Shown here piece after piece: positions 62,908 to 64,000 of a DNA stretch of 64,000 nt. Below the pieces are notes generated by a model. That model saw only the letters and a program-made list of their open reading frames with translations, did not search any database and was not told the DNA's origin. This DNA is from Cycas panzhihuaensis (lineage: Eukaryota > Plantae > Cycadophyta). The position numbers were made by a program, and so were the translations under genes. Position 1 is the stretch's first letter. Each line of letters begins with the position of its first letter. The stretch spans positions 187,123,741 to 187,187,740 of the forward strand of contig CM041465.1 of NCBI GenBank assembly GCA_023213395.1. The letters are read 5' to 3'.

Positions 62908-64000
62908 GTAGGATTGTACATAGCTAAAGCCTAATGGTGAGTAGAGTAATGTGATCATTAGTTACTGGGTAATGCCGTCTAACCCAAGATGAGTCTTGAG
63001 GGTCCATCAACCCCAACAATATGTAGAAGTAAGAATAGTGTATCAGTGGTGGTTAAAGTAGTGAAGATCACTATTCAATGGAGAATAAGAGTTCTTGGGA
63101 GTCGATATTCAGGCATGAAGACCACATTTTTTATTGGAGTTACCTTGTTGGGGGTCATTTGAAGTTGGTTGAAGAACTGATGTAGTAATTCAAGCCAACA
63201 AATCACGTGTTGATGGTGATTCAGAGACTACAAGGATAACCAACCTTATACACAAGTAAGTTAGTCATTTTTTCACCCAAAACACTATAAAATTAAAAAA
63301 AGAGGAAGATTTTTTTTCTGGTGTCACCTTCATTAAGTCTATATAAAGGAGAGATTAGAGCCTTCCTGAGTTATTTTCAACCCTCTATACTAAAATTTGA
63401 TGAAGCACATAACAGTATAAAGCATTGTGCATTGTATTTTTGAGTTGTAGTGCTTTTATAAGTGGGAGTATGACCTCTTATCTCCACTGTATACACCTTG
63501 TTGAGCCCGCATCTATGTGTTGAGAGATAGTTGGGCTATTTATATCTTGTTTTGGAGACTTATGTGCTTTTATAAAGTACTGTACAATTGTTTAAGGTTG
63601 TATGAGAATATAGTATGTTGTCTAGGTGTGATCTAGAGGCTATTGGGCTATTTCTTCACCAAATTTGAGCTTACTAGTTGCTTTTCTATTTGGTTGGGTA
63701 CATTTTTTAGGCCGGTTGGGCAGTTATAGTACTATCTAGGTAGTGTACAAGTTGTGTACAAATAATGTGAAAGGAGAGTAGGCCGTGATTAGGACACAAG
63801 TCTATTTGGAGATATATTGGTCTCAGGCCGGTTGACTGCATTGTTTCATGCATACCGCACCTTTGTCTTCTTCCACGTGAAGTACGCGGAGATTTTAATT
63901 ATTATTATTTTTTTGATACATTTTGCTAAAATTTTTACCTTGTAATATATCTTGATATATTTCAATATTGAATCTCCATATGAGTTTAGTTGGAATGGAT

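Noticed and set aside
60983-64000. Further LTR-like sequence (possible LTR starts near 62283, 62558 or 63208; TATA-like motif at ~63340)
   Set aside because: No partner repeat or TSD in the window fixes the boundaries, so only the PBS at 62895 is reported.

Overview
Repeat-dense plant nuclear DNA with no intact host gene. The heavy C>T/G>A decay and the element types suggest a large, heavily methylated genome such as a gymnosperm (inference). In order: a decayed Ty3/gypsy Tat/Ogre-type gag-pol (1-5775) with a probable 3' LTR; gypsy and copia remnants; an apparently full-length minus-strand L1 LINE (10488-18586) with a 13-bp target-site duplication (TSD) and a ~2.4 kb extra 3' region; a solo LTR (20162-21286); then a four-deep LTR nest. 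In the nest, element A (21470-60977) contains copia B (22456-29447) and non-autonomous element C (30338-60075); C contains minus-strand copia D (33859-57740); D contains a young Tat/Ogre gypsy (36556-50911). Two observations stand out. (1) Downstream of integrase, the young Tat element carries a head-to-head cassette: a spliced antisense plant-mobile-domain (PMD) gene and a stand-alone archaeal-type RNase H ORF. The cassette is bracketed by 3'-UTR repeat motifs and is missing from the related element at 1-6262. (2) The related elements C and D have a variable 'cargo slot' in their 5' leader. In C it holds antisense fragments resembling host genes (a ZCCHC8-like zinc knuckle, a HARE-HTH-like domain and a conserved plant protein of unknown function). 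All family assignments come from motif recognition by eye, not from database searches.
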